Of a stretch of 64,000 bases of DNA, positions 49,988 through 61,250 are shown in pieces. Where the stretch lies: the NCBI RefSeq assembly GCF_009834535.1, contig NC_045697.1, positions 101,806,001 to 101,870,000 on the forward strand, read 5' to 3'. Positions within the stretch are counted from its first letter, which is position 1; every line of letters begins with the position of its first letter. The position numbers and the translations under genes were made by a program. The DNA comes from Camelus ferus (taxonomy: Eukaryota). Under the pieces are notes generated by a model, which saw nothing but the letters and a program-made list of their open reading frames with translations, searched no databases and was not told where the DNA came from.

Positions 49988-52047
49988 ACAAAAGAATGGA
50001 GAAGAAAGGAAACCTATTCAGTGAATTGCATTCACTATGATTTTATGCCCTGTATTTGCTGCTCCTTCTGGGTACCTGGGGGAAAAGTTTTCCGATTTAG
50101 TTATATTTCATATAATAGCATTTAAAGTGGTTTTAAATGATGCTTATTTCTGCATTTAAAGTGTAAACATATTTATACAAGTTTAATGGAAATTTTTTAA
50201 TAAATTCATTGTCATTCTAACATGTTTCCACCATCAACCCTCAAGCCACTTAATAATTATTTATGGATGTTTGTAATGATGGTCCCTATAAGGTTCACCT
50301 TATACATGAAGATGCTCATTCATTCACTCAGTCACCACTCATTGGGTCCCTACTTTTGCCAGGCGTCATGTGTGTTAGATTTTGAGATTAGATCAAGAAA
50401 GAGAGAGCTCCTAGGACGCTGATATAAACAAATGGTAACTTATGGTTGTCCTCTAAGCCATTTGGTGAACGGACTAGGCTGAAAGGAACCAGAAGCGATT
50501 CTCAATGGCTGCCATGCTGGATAGTTATTATTTCTGATTATTCTTTTCCAGTTGCTCCTAGAAGTTAGAATGCCATATAGTGTGGGGGCTTCAGTGCCAT
50601 GCCTAGGCGGCGAGCTAGAGATGTTGTGTTTTTTATTCTTCCTTTGTCTTTGCTGCACCAAGAACTGGATCTAGTTACCCACAAGTCATTTACTTCAGCC
50701 AGCCTAGGGTTACATAATCTTAATCTTTAAATGAAAATCTCATTGCTTTCCCTTTTCGTGGGCAATTATTCAACAAAATACAGAGCAGTGCTTTTGTTTT
50801 TATTCTCATTTTTTTTGTTTTTAGCTTTTTTAAAGCTAGTCAAATTTTAACTAGAGACATTTTGTTTCTCCCCAACTTCCCCTCTATTTTTGCAACAAAC
50901 TATCCTTTGTTCATTGTAGATAGTCTATAAATTTATTGCCTAAACTTTCCATTTTTAAAGTATAAACATTTAAATGGCCGAGAAGTCAAGGTATTTATTC
51001 CGAGAGTGTCTTCAGGGTACAATGCCTAACGTAAGTTCAACTATCAAAAGATCTTTTTTTCTGGAATAAATTCTTCATCCGTTAGACTTGATAAATCATT
51101 CTCTACAGCATGAGATCACCACTATTGGTAAACAAGTGGTAGTATTTCTTTGGAGAAGATTATACATATTTGTTTTGGTCATTATTTGCTTAGAGCATCA
51201 ACTGCAAACTGTATAGCAAGTTGGACAAAGCCCAGCAGGACGTTATTTGAGTTATCATTAAATATCTTAGTTGCTAGAGTTTATCTGGGACGCTGTGCTG
51301 AGAAAGCTCATGGTAAATAAATGTCTTGCATTTTCACAGTTGTTAAATGTGTTTCCTTAATCAGGTTTCAGAAAGGATTTCAGTGAGGGCTTCACATTTA
51401 TGTCCATAATTCTAGCATGATGAGCAAGACCTAGAAAAAGTCACAATAAGTGGAATATTAAGGAATTAAAATCTTAAACCAGAGAATTTTAAACTTCTGA
51501 AAGAAGTGTGGCTCATGAAACCGAAGATACATTCATTTTTATTTAAAAAGTTAGCTACGTAAAAAGTATGTATGTATATGAATAAAAATCAGATGAAAAT
51601 ATGGAAATATATACATATTTTTGATGGTGGTAGAATTATATATAATTTCCCCTAATTTTCTGTTGAATTTATTGTTGCTATAGTTTATTAAAAATAAATT
51701 TGTTAAGAAAATGTTCATATGACTTAAACAGTTTTATTCTGGAGAACACTTCACTTTGATATTGGCTAAACTCCAGAAATAAAGATTCCATCACAGTGGT
51801 TTAAAAGGCATAGATATTTGAAGTTTATAACTTACAAGTATAGGGCTAAGTCTGTTGCTATAGATTTTTCTTTCTCTCATTTTTTTTAATAGCTACTAAA
51901 TTGTAAAGATTTCTTAGAATTAAATGCAGAGGATAAAAGTTAAATAAATCTTATCCAGAAATTAATAACAAAAATAATTTCATATAACTTAAAGTGATCA
52001 AATAGACATTTTTTTTTTTCTACATGAATAAAATACTCCTTCAAATC

Positions 52048-52133
52048 TTTTTTTTTAAATGGAGGTACTGGAGATTGAACCCAGGACCTTATGCATGCTA
52101 AACAGGCACTCTACCACTGAGCTATTTCCATAC
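52048..52133 (-). mobile_element. Vic-1-type SINE, short form
   Basis: ttttaaatggaggtactggagattgaacccaggaccttatgcatgctaaacaggcactctaccactgagctat; TSD-like ccttcaaatcttt / cctttgaatcttt. Confidence 0.92.
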
Positions 52134-54372
52134 TGCCTTTGAATCTTTAATAGTGTTAGTAGCCCGGCCTGGCCCCCACCCCCCCAGCAATCCCAGTTGA
52201 TGTGAGCATGATGGGTTTTCCTTGGAAATTTTCCCCGTGTTTGATTTAGAATTCTCACTTTTCAGGAACAGGACAAGAACAACAAGCCTACAGTCAGTGT
52301 ACCAGCTGGAACATGGGGGCTTTTACGCATTTGTGTATGTTCCACCTGACTTTCTGTCTACACGTATCTACTTCAGTAGCACCAACAGTCTTGGGAAAGG
52401 GGCAGGGACTGGATTGGAGGGTGGATATATTGAGTGGAAAAAATACAAGCAGGATATCCCTTTTCAGAATTTCATGATGGTCTGGTCCCACCACAAAGAG
52501 TTAGGGGGCTGTGGTCTTCCGAAGCCCTCTCATTAATTGGAGGAAGAGATACCATCTTCTCCTGCTCGTCTTCTCCATTCCAGATCCACCTTAAATACCA
52601 CCAATTATATATTTTAAAGCAAAACGCTGAAATGTGAATTTCTGTGGTTAAGTGTAGGATGTCCCAGTGACGTCTCTAAAAACCCAAAGCCAATCCCTGT
52701 GCTCCAAACTCAAGGTTTATATTTGGAAAACAGTGTGGATCCTGTATTTTTAAAATGCTGTAAACATGTTTGTGTGTTTATTTTTAGCTTTTGCAGACTT
52801 TAGTGAACTTCCAAGTTGGCAAGTCAGACACAGTCAGTTGTCTGTTACCTCAGATGCCAGCATTTTGTGAATAACTCTGATTGTCTAATATAGTTAAAGC
52901 AGATGAGGGTGTAAGTTATCTTCTGTCAACTACATGTCATGTATCTATATGCATATTATTATACATTATATATATTATATTTATATATATAATATATATT
53001 ATTATATTTTATTAGCTTCTGTGAACTGTATAACTTGGGTAGCAGTTTTGGTTGTAGTTCAAGATGAGTTGGGTCCTGCCAAATGGTACTGGCAGAAACA
53101 GCTAGTCTTTTTCTCTCTCCCCCAACCCTTCTCTCTGGGTCCTCAAGCATTAAATCATGCACACACAAATCCTTACAGTCACTGTTGTTTTCAGTCCATT
53201 GTATCTACTTCCTGTTGGTCAAAGGTTGTGAGGCTTGGGTGGTGTAGAGGGAGCTGGATAGTTGACAGGAAAAAGAAAGCTGGGCTCATTTTAAGGCCAA
53301 CACATCAAAGAACGGGCAAGATAGCACTGATTTGTTGAACACAAGGAGAGGTAAACAATCAACAGCTTTTCTTGTGGGGTGAGATCATTATCTACATGTT
53401 ACATGAATGAAAAAGTGTTTTTCCCCAAAGAATTGGGTCTTAACAAAAGGTTATGACCCCCTACCCACCCTGGTCATAGAGGGAAGGGAGGGCGTCAGCA
53501 GCCCCACCTGGGCTGAATCTTCCACATTCACGTCAGAGATCCTCTTGATTCTGTTATCTGTGGAGTAGCTTTTGTATCATGTTCAACTTTGTGCTTAGTT
53601 CTCCTCTTTGGGCGAGGTTATTTTTCCTTGCATCTTCAACTTAATGTGCTTTATAGTCAGTGACTCCAGAATGCATAATTTATCTCTTTGGAAGTATGTT
53701 TTTCTAAGGAAATCTTTCATTGCCGCACATCTTTTGTTCTGGAAGCTTTAGACAGAGTTTTATGTTGAGAAGAAAATTACACTAAGAGGTATTTTGGCCT
53801 ATTACATATAAATACCATTATGGAAATTTGAATTTTGTTTTGTAACACTTTAGTGCTTTTCCTCTAGTTCACAATGTGCAAGTATTGTTTTTGAACCGTG
53901 ATCCAAATATCAGCGTGTTACTTAATCATAAATTGTGAATGTTCAGTAACAAACTTAGAGGCAAAAAATGAGAATGTTTTTGCCCGGAACTCAAAATGTT
54001 AGCTTTACTCCAGAATTAATTATTTTGGATTGGATAGCTGAACAGGAAATAGAGCTTAGGGATTTATTGGGTTTGTGGAAGATACATTTTTTAAAATTAC
54101 AGGTTGGTTTTGGTGTTATATTCTTTTTAAGTCACTGTTTAAGCAAACATGTTCTTTTCAAAAAAAAATAACAAAAACAACATAGATGACACGCATAGTA
54201 AGTTTGTGAGACCCAGTAAAAATCAGGAAATAGAGTCACATAATTGTTAGCATCTTGGGCCCAGCAGCCCACAGTAACCCTGCTCAGTTTCAATATTGTG
54301 GGTTTTCTTATTTAGAGCTGTAGTCTCTTTAGCAGTTGTTATTGCTTCTCCCTCAAAGAAAAGGACTTTAAA

Positions 54373-54788
54373 ACTGCACTGCCCAGTGGTAGCTACTGGG
54401 CACTATGCGGCTAAATTAAATTATGTGAACTAGAAAATCAGTTCCCCGGTCGCACGAGCCACTTTTCAAGTTCTCTGTAGCCACTTTTCAAGTTCTCTGT
54501 GGCCAGAGGCAGGCTGAAGGCTGATTCCAGATTACATGGACTCCAAGTACCCTTTGTCTAGGCCAGAGGCAGGCTGAAGGCTGATTCCAAACATTAAAGT
54601 GGACTCCCTGACCCCACTTTCCCAGGGCCAGACCCTGGTGTGAGCTCACTGACTCTCAGTGCACACGCTGATAGGAAAAGGGTGAGGTCAGATGAAACCC
54701 AGAGCAGGTGGTCCTTCGACCAGTGGCTACTGCTGATGGTCGGCGTAGCCATTTCCGTCATCACAGAAAGTTCTGTGGGACAGCACTG
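54373..54788 (-). mobile_element. MER3 (hAT-Charlie) fossil split by a ~220-bp insertion
   Basis: Left arm ctgcactgcccag...tcagttccccggtcgcacgagccacttttcaagt; right arm cagtggctac...catttccgtcatcacagaaagttctgtgggacagcactg. These are contiguous in the recalled MER3 consensus. Confidence 0.85.
54501..54718 (+). repeat. Local dispersed duplication, copy 1 (near-identical to 56299-56462)
   Basis: 54527-54601 equals 56299-56373; 54631-54718 equals 56375-56462 with one substitution; 54501-54529 is an extra copy of 54561-54589. Confidence 0.97.
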
Positions 54789-55850
54789 CTCCAAAACTGC
54801 AATTAGAACTTGTATCTGTGCTGGAAACTTATGTGACTTTAAGATGTGACATTAGTTTCCTACCACTTAAACAACAATGCTGAAGTTAAAGCTCTCACAT
54901 CTTGTTCTTCATTTCATCGTGGACTTTGACACTATGCTTCACAGAATATGGCATTTTGCCTTCTCTCCAGTGACATTCCATTCTACCCTCAGAGCCTGGA
55001 ATGGCATTACACACACACACATGCACAACAATGCTGAATATATACAGAGAAAGAGAAAGAATATTTGTGTACATAAATAAATATATGAACATAAATAATG
55101 ATTTATAACTGAAATATGTAGACTTCTCAGAATACCGTAGGCACTGGCTGAAGTTGTAGTCTCTGAACTTCAGCATGTTGGCGTGGTTCCGTACGGTTCA
55201 CACTGACTTGTTTCTTGGTGAAGTTAGTTTCGCTTTTTGTTGACAGAAGCTTGTGGAGGAGATTTGATAGGATTTATGGCCAAACTCTTACAGTGATAAG
55301 AAGGCCCACCATTGGTTTGGCATAGCATCCAGTTGCAGGAAGTCTAAGCTATTGAAGACCAGAGACAGCATGTTCAGGGTCGCCAGGAGATGCTGGTTCA
55401 TTTGCTCATTTGTTCAGGTAACAGTTATCACATGTGCCTTTGAAGGTGCCAAGTCCTTGCATGTTTGTGCTGTGCTAAGCACTGAGATTAAAGGGGAATA
55501 AGACAAGGTCTTGGGGAGGAAGGCAGCTGTACCAAGGACTGCTTGACATACAAGAGGAGAGTATGCAAATAGAAGCTGGCACAGATGGGAGCAGTCAGCT
55601 TTACCTGGCACAGGTGACCGAGAGCCAGAAAAGGTAAAAGGGAAGATGTCGCCAGTATTCTACACACCAGATTCCAGTTACTCCAAGTGGAAAAGATTAG
55701 TTCCTTGCCAAGATCTCTCAGTGTTTTGGAAAGTTTTCAAACCATGGGGGAAGGGAATCTTAAAAATGCCATTCAGAAGCATCATTTTAATGACTGTGTA
55801 CGACTCCTTTTGGAGATGTGTCTTAGTGATTTGCTCAGTCCCCTCCTGTC

Positions 55851-55953
55851 ACCAACCTTCCTGGTTTGTTCAGGACTGAGATGTCCCAGGACCTGGAACT
55901 TCATTTCTAAAACAGGGACAGTTCTAGGAAAACCAGGATGGCTGGTCACTCTA
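55851..55953 (-). mobile_element. MER81 (hAT-Blackjack)
   Basis: accaaccttcctggtttgttcaggactga...aaaacagggacagttctaggaaaaccaggatggctggtcactcta, with long degenerate TIRs. Confidence 0.8.
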
Positions 55954-56298
55954 CGTACTGTGGAATGTTTAGATCATTTCAAATATTTACTCATATAAAC
56001 AACATTGTGTGGAGTGCTTTGATGCCTATATATTTATCTGCATTTTGCCTTAATTCCTTAGGTGAGAGTCTTAGAGGCAGAATTAATGGTTCAATGATTC
56101 TGGGCGTGTTTGGAGCTCCTGATAACGCTCACAGCCCCTCATTGACTTTTGCTGTTTTCAGCTAGATTGGCAGGAATCTGCCGAGACATTTGTACTACCT
56201 CTGCCTCCACAGGTTCTTAGGGAGCCACACAAAAGACATAGCCAGGAACATACCTGCTCTGTCACTGGCTCCGGCTCCCATCCTAACTCTCGAGTGGG

Positions 56299-56462
56299 CC
56301 AGATTACATGGACTCCAAGTACCCTTTGTCTAGGCCAGAGGCAGGCTGAAGGCTGATTCCAAACATTAAAGTGTGACCCTGGTGTGAGCTCACTGACTCT
56401 CATTGCACACGCTGATAGGAAAAGGGTGAGGTCAGATGAAACCCAGAGCAGGTGGTCCTTCG
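56299..56462 (+). repeat. Local dispersed duplication, copy 2 (probable source)
   Basis: ccagattacatggactccaagtaccctttgtctaggccagaggc...gcaggtggtccttcg, matching 54527-54718. Confidence 0.97.
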
Positions 56463-56763
56463 TCCCAGTGCAGGTTCAGCTACACAGTCACCCCCCGCCG
56501 TCAGCCTCCTCCTCAGAGTAAGGAAGCCTTGAAAAGCCCCGAAGTCACTGTCTCTCCACAGCCCTGCTAATTGGGAATCTGATGAGGTACGAACTAGTAT
56601 TCACAGGTGAAGATAAACTCAGCCTGCCCCACAGTGCTGTATTGAGAGGTATTGCCGTGAGGTGACCTACTTTCCTGCGCAGCTTCAGTCACTGAGGTTG
56701 GGGTCCGGGGTTTCCTATCAAGCTGTGCTTTGTGGCGAGAAGTATTAAAGGATAGGCCTATTT

Positions 56764-56911
56764 CAAGCATTCTTAACATGCGCCTCAGGGGTTCTGTGAA
56801 CCCCTGAAACTGTCTAATACCATGTATGTGTCTTTTTCTAAAGAAAAGATTCAAAATTGCTTTTATTAGATTCTCAAAGCAGTCTATGACCCCAAAAGGT
56901 GTAAGAACTAA
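56764..56911. mobile_element. MER103-like hAT-Charlie fragment
   Basis: cctcaggggttctgtgaacccctgaaactgt...agattctcaaagcagtctatgaccccaaaaggtgtaagaac. Confidence 0.7.
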
Positions 56912-57086
56912 TTTGTGGCATATTAAATACTAGGAAGTTTTTGTCATTACTTTTTTGTTTGTTTTACTGGAGGACTTAACACCAGAGCTTTGAGGTAGGC
57001 ATCAGTTTAGCAATGATTTCAATGAGTAAATGTTATGTACTATTAATTAATGATTTAAAATTCCCTGAATTTTTCCCCAGCCACCC

Positions 57087-57149
57087 TAGCATTTGAGTTA
57101 AATTTGATTTAGGGAGGTGCTACTGTAGCATTTGAGTTAAATTTGATTT
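57087..57149. repeat. 24-bp perfect direct repeat with 15-bp spacer
   Basis: tagcatttgagttaaatttgattt at 57087-57110 and 57126-57149. Confidence 0.95.
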
Positions 57150-57227
57150 TTTGTGTTGAGGGGGGCTAGTTTTGCTACTGTGAAATTGGTTTAGGTCTAG
57201 CTAATTTGTTTTTTTGTTTTCGTCTAG

Positions 57228-57248
57228 GCATCGTATGTGAACTCGAAG
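57228..57248 (+). CDS. Candidate 21-nt frame-preserving microexon of an unidentified host gene
   Basis: gctaat (branch-like), then ttgtttttttgttttcgtctAG | GCATCGTATGTGAACTCGAAG | GTaaaa. Two of three frames are open (ASYVNSK or xIVCELEx). Confidence 0.4.
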
Positions 57249-58049
57249 GTAAAAGGTTTGTGGCACAGTTGTTAGCCTACATCTAGGCATTGTTCTGCAT
57301 TATTTTTGGTGTATTCTTTTGTTTATATTACTAAGCTAAAGTTAGCACAGATAACACTAGGCTAGAAAATGGTGACAATAGTTTGAAAACAGGAAATTTT
57401 AGGCTTGTGTGTGTTTGGAACAGATGATCATAATGACAGAGCCAGCGGAGTGGAAACTTCCACAAGCCTGTTTTTTCCTTATTTTGCTCTGCGAGAAAAG
57501 ATGGTGCTTCCTGGAAAACAACTCAAGTATTTTAAAGCAAATGGTTTTCTTTTGTCCCTGCTTCATGGTTAATTTGTTTTTCTTTATTTTATTTACCCTG
57601 GTTGTATTATTATAGAAATTTAATATCTTTCATAGATAAAAAGTAATTCCCAGAGTGCTGAATATAGTTATTTAAATATCTAAGTATATTACCATTACAG
57701 ACATGGTTTTTAAAGCAAATTAAAATTGTAAGAATATTATAACCACCAGACTTTGAGGGAAGAAATTTGTTCCTCTATTTTAAGTGCTCCCAACTTTCCT
57801 TTTTTTTTTTTAAACCCTCTAAATTCTAGTCTTTAAAACAAAGTAGATATACTTTGTCTAAGCTGTTTCCTGACTAAGGCTCTCTCCAGATGTATCCTGG
57901 AATTCTATATTTAAAAGAAAGGCTAAATTTATTCACTAATTGCAGAATAAGAAGAAGAGTATGCATTTCCATACATACATAGACTTTTTTGTGTTGTGTA
58001 CACCATTCCTAGATTTTAAAATATTAGTTAATAGACTTTATTTTTTAGA

Positions 58050-58480
58050 GCATTTTTAGGCAAAAGCTTTTAAAACGTAATAGTTTTAAAACTATAGCAG
58101 TAATAAATGAAAGCTCCTTGAAAAAAATCAGACTGCACAAAATCATATAAAATAAAAATGCAAAACTGGTCTGACCCTCCCATTCCTATTCCTGGAATGA
58201 CCACAGTTAACACTTCCGGTGTCTCCTTCCAGACCTGCTCTCTAAACATAGTTGGTGCGTGCATACAAACACACAATCATTTCAGACAAAGTAGCATCAT
58301 ACAATTCTGCAACTTGCTTTTTTTCTTTTAATTTAACAGTTACTTTGTGGGTATTTTTCATATATACAGATCTACTCACTTTCTAAATGTTTTGCATTGA
58401 TTTATTATTGTATCAATGTCTCATAATCTACTTAAATTTAGTCATTACCCTGCTGATGAAGTTTAGAGTAAAGCCTATCT
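58050..58480 (-). mobile_element. Very old L1 (L1ME-like) 3' fragment
   Basis: accacagttaacacttccggtgtctccttccagac...catcatacaattctgcaacttgcttttttct...cagatctactcacttt...tcataatctacttaa. Confidence 0.6.
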
Positions 58481-59733
58481 TATGAAAAATAGCATTTTCA
58501 TTTTGTGAAATCGCGTATCTTCAACCATATCGTTTCACAGATTTCTGAGACTGATACGTATATTTTGAATTCTAACAAAGACTTCATAGTAATGACCTTT
58601 CCTTACATACCAGTCATGAAAGACCTTTTAAGAGATGTCAGAATAAGAAAGTTCCTCTCTCCTTTTCCCCCAGTTTCCTAGGATAATATAGAGTTAGGAA
58701 TATAGAGTTACAGTGGTGGTGTTTCATGATGGAAAGGCAGTTGGCTCAAGGACATAGAAAGTGCCGTTCCTCAGCTTATCAGCTCAAGGTCCACTTGAGG
58801 GTTGGGCAGCTATGAGAGACCTCAGTGCAGTCATCAGAGTTCTTTCTGAACTGTGCTAATGGGATGGCCTTGTTAATGGGCTTTTCAGGACCCATGTGCT
58901 GAGAGCTCAGAGAAGCAGGAGCTGGTAGTTGCCTTAACTCAGAGGAAGTTGATGGAAGCTGCAAAGAAGAGGTCTTGAGCTGGGTCATGAAGAACGAGTA
59001 GGAGCTCACTGAGTGAGAGAGGTGGGGCGTGCTGGACTCAAAACCAAACAAAATGTGCTAGTTTGCTAGAGAGACAGGCAGGTAGGGATAGTTTTGAAGA
59101 ATCTTGTATGGCATCCTGTGAAGGAAGTTTGGACTCCCCTCATCACGCCTTTGGACTTCTCTTCCCTTTCCCTGAGATCTTTTCATTTAAGTTCACTGGC
59201 TCTCTGCAATCCTTGTGATGAACGGAAGAATTTAAAAGCGTCCCATTGAGGCTTTGAGGGCTTCACAATGTGTGGAGTGCTGTCTCAGATACAAAAAAAT
59301 TTAAGGAATGGTCTCGGCTTTCAAAGGACACAGTGTCTAGTTGGGAAGATAATTCACAAGCATTTGGAACATTTGGAAACATGTAGTAAAATTACAGATG
59401 GTTCCAAGCTGTCCCATAGTGACGTAAGAGATGTGTCAGGGCAGTGACTGATGAGTTGCCAAGACTCCAGAGGGAAGGTATGGCAAGGAAAGGGGGAGAT
59501 TTGGACAGAACCTTGAAGAATGGACTAGGTTTCTAACAGTAGAAAGGAGTTCATACATAATCACCAATGGGATAAATATTGGGAACAAAAATAAGAAGGG
59601 ACATATCAACTGCACGAGCAAGAGCAGAAGACTTGAAAAGATAAGGAATTAGACACAAACTTAAAGGACTTCTGTGCTTTGGGCTTTGTAATTCTGTTTT
59701 AAGGAGCAACCTAATTCTGACCAATGATTGGAC

Positions 59734-60015
59734 CAGTGGTTCTCAAGTCTTAGTGGCATATTTGAATCACCTGGTGAGCATTGAAAACAATCTATGCCAG
59801 GGCTGATGCCCACACTACAACTGTTTTGTTTCGTTTTTTGGTACGTTATTCAGTTTGTTTGTTTGTTTAATTGGAGGTACTGGGGATTGAACCCAGGACC
59901 TCGTGCATGCTAATAAGCATGGGTTCTGCTACTGAACTGTACCCTCCCCACTCAATTTTTTTCTAAAGTAGTTTTCCAGATATTTCTTATCTGGAGTTAG
60001 AGTTGAAAATCACTG
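59734..60015. mobile_element. MER5-type hAT element interrupted by a SINE
   Basis: TIRs cagtggttctcaa (59734) and ttgaaaatcactg (ends 60015); internal gaatcacctggtgagc. Confidence 0.75.
59823..59949 (-). mobile_element. Vic-1-type SINE
   Basis: gtttgtttaattggaggtactggggattgaacccaggacctcgtgcatgctaataagcatgggttctgctactgaactgtaccctcccc. Confidence 0.9.
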
Positions 60016-60296
60016 GACCACTCTGACCTCTTCTCTTTTGCCCACCCATATATTGACTATTTCTTCAGTAATTAGCACTTCCAGTGAAAGTCCAGTGAAA
60101 GGGATTAGGGAGTCTAGGAAAGCATTACACCAAGCACATGCTAGATCAGTCACACCAGAGAGTTTAGAAAACAAGTGTATGCGGCAGGCGGGGTGTTTGC
60201 CACTTAGGCAAATTAAGCATATTTCTTGAATTTGTTTAATAACATTACTGCAGGTAATAGTTTGGGGCTAATCTATAATATTTTCTTTTCTTAGTC

Positions 60297-60390
60297 TTTT
60301 TTTTTTAATTTAATGGAGGTACTGGGGATTGAACCCAGGACCTTGTGCATGCCAAGCAAGCGCTCTACCACTGAGCTATTACCCTCCCCC
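60297..60390 (-). mobile_element. Vic-1-type SINE, short form, well preserved
   Basis: Reverse complement has A box tagctcagtgg, B box ggttcaatccc, and an A tail. Confidence 0.93.
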
Positions 60391-60849
60391 ACCCCCCACA
60401 CTACCCCTGACTCCCCCACTACCCGTCCCTGCCCCATGTTTGTGGATAATCTGATTGGAAACTTTTTCTCCCCATTAGGTAATGGGACTCCGTCTGTCCT
60501 TACTTGCCAATGTGTTCATATTCATACTCTGTAGTGTGTAGTGATAAACCTATCTTAAAACCTTGCTTCCTTGTGACAAGTCTATATCCAGTAATACGTG
60601 TGCAGTTGGCTTAACTACAAAAATTATTTCAAAGAACAGTTCCTTTAAAGTAAAGTTTAAAAACTCCTCTCATATCTGTAGAGTTTTTAAAGCAAAACAA
60701 TTTATGGTTTGTGCACCTCTGCCTTGCCTGACAGGTTCTTGTCAGCTAATGGCAAATGGGCTGGGCAGACTGCAGTCATGTTAATATCCCCATCGCGCAC
60801 AGAGAATATGAGAACGCCCATATTTTCATCCATATCTCCGTTGATTGGC

Positions 60850-61250
60850 ATATTCAGCAAATATCGACTGAGCACCTCCTTGGGACTAGGAGAAGAAAGA
60901 TGAAAGGTGAAGAGACATGGTTCCAGCCTTCAAGAAGCTCAGTTGCAGGGATGTCAAACACTGTCACTAGGAACAAGGGAAAAACAGAGAGTTTGGAGAG
61001 GGCCACGCAGGGATGGTGCCGCAAAGTCTGAGCTAAATCCAGGGGATGGATTACGTCCCGAGGGGCAGCATGTATCAAGGCCCAAGGCAGGACAGGAGCA
61101 GAGTGTTAGGGGACATGCAAGCATTTCTGATGTGTGGGGAAGGCAGAAAGACAAGAAGTGAAGCTGGACAGATAGAGACGGGCTGGGAGAGCCCCGTGTG
61201 CCCTGCCAGAGAGTTTGGCTTTATCCTATAGGCAGTAGGCAGTCACCGAA
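60850..61250 (-). mobile_element. L2 fragment
   Basis: attcagcaaatatcgactgagcacctcct...caaggcccaaggcaggacaggagc...gagtttggctttatcctataggcagtaggcagtcac. Confidence 0.7.

Noticed and set aside
52940..53012. AT-only low-complexity tract as an origin or matrix-attachment element
   Set aside because: A degenerate (TA)n run; nothing in the sequence supports a specific function.
55851..55953. Long imperfect hairpin as a miRNA or structured ncRNA
   Set aside because: Explained by the terminal inverted repeats of a MER81 element.
58685..58712. Short tandem duplications (also near 4730, 60081 and 63182)
   Set aside because: 10-14 bp two-copy duplications are ordinary slippage products.
60297..60390. 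Bona fide tRNA-Ala genes (this and the eight similar copies)
   Set aside because: The copies have A-rich tails, often TSDs, an extended 5' G-rich leader and scattered stem-breaking substitutions. They are SINEs, not tRNA genes.
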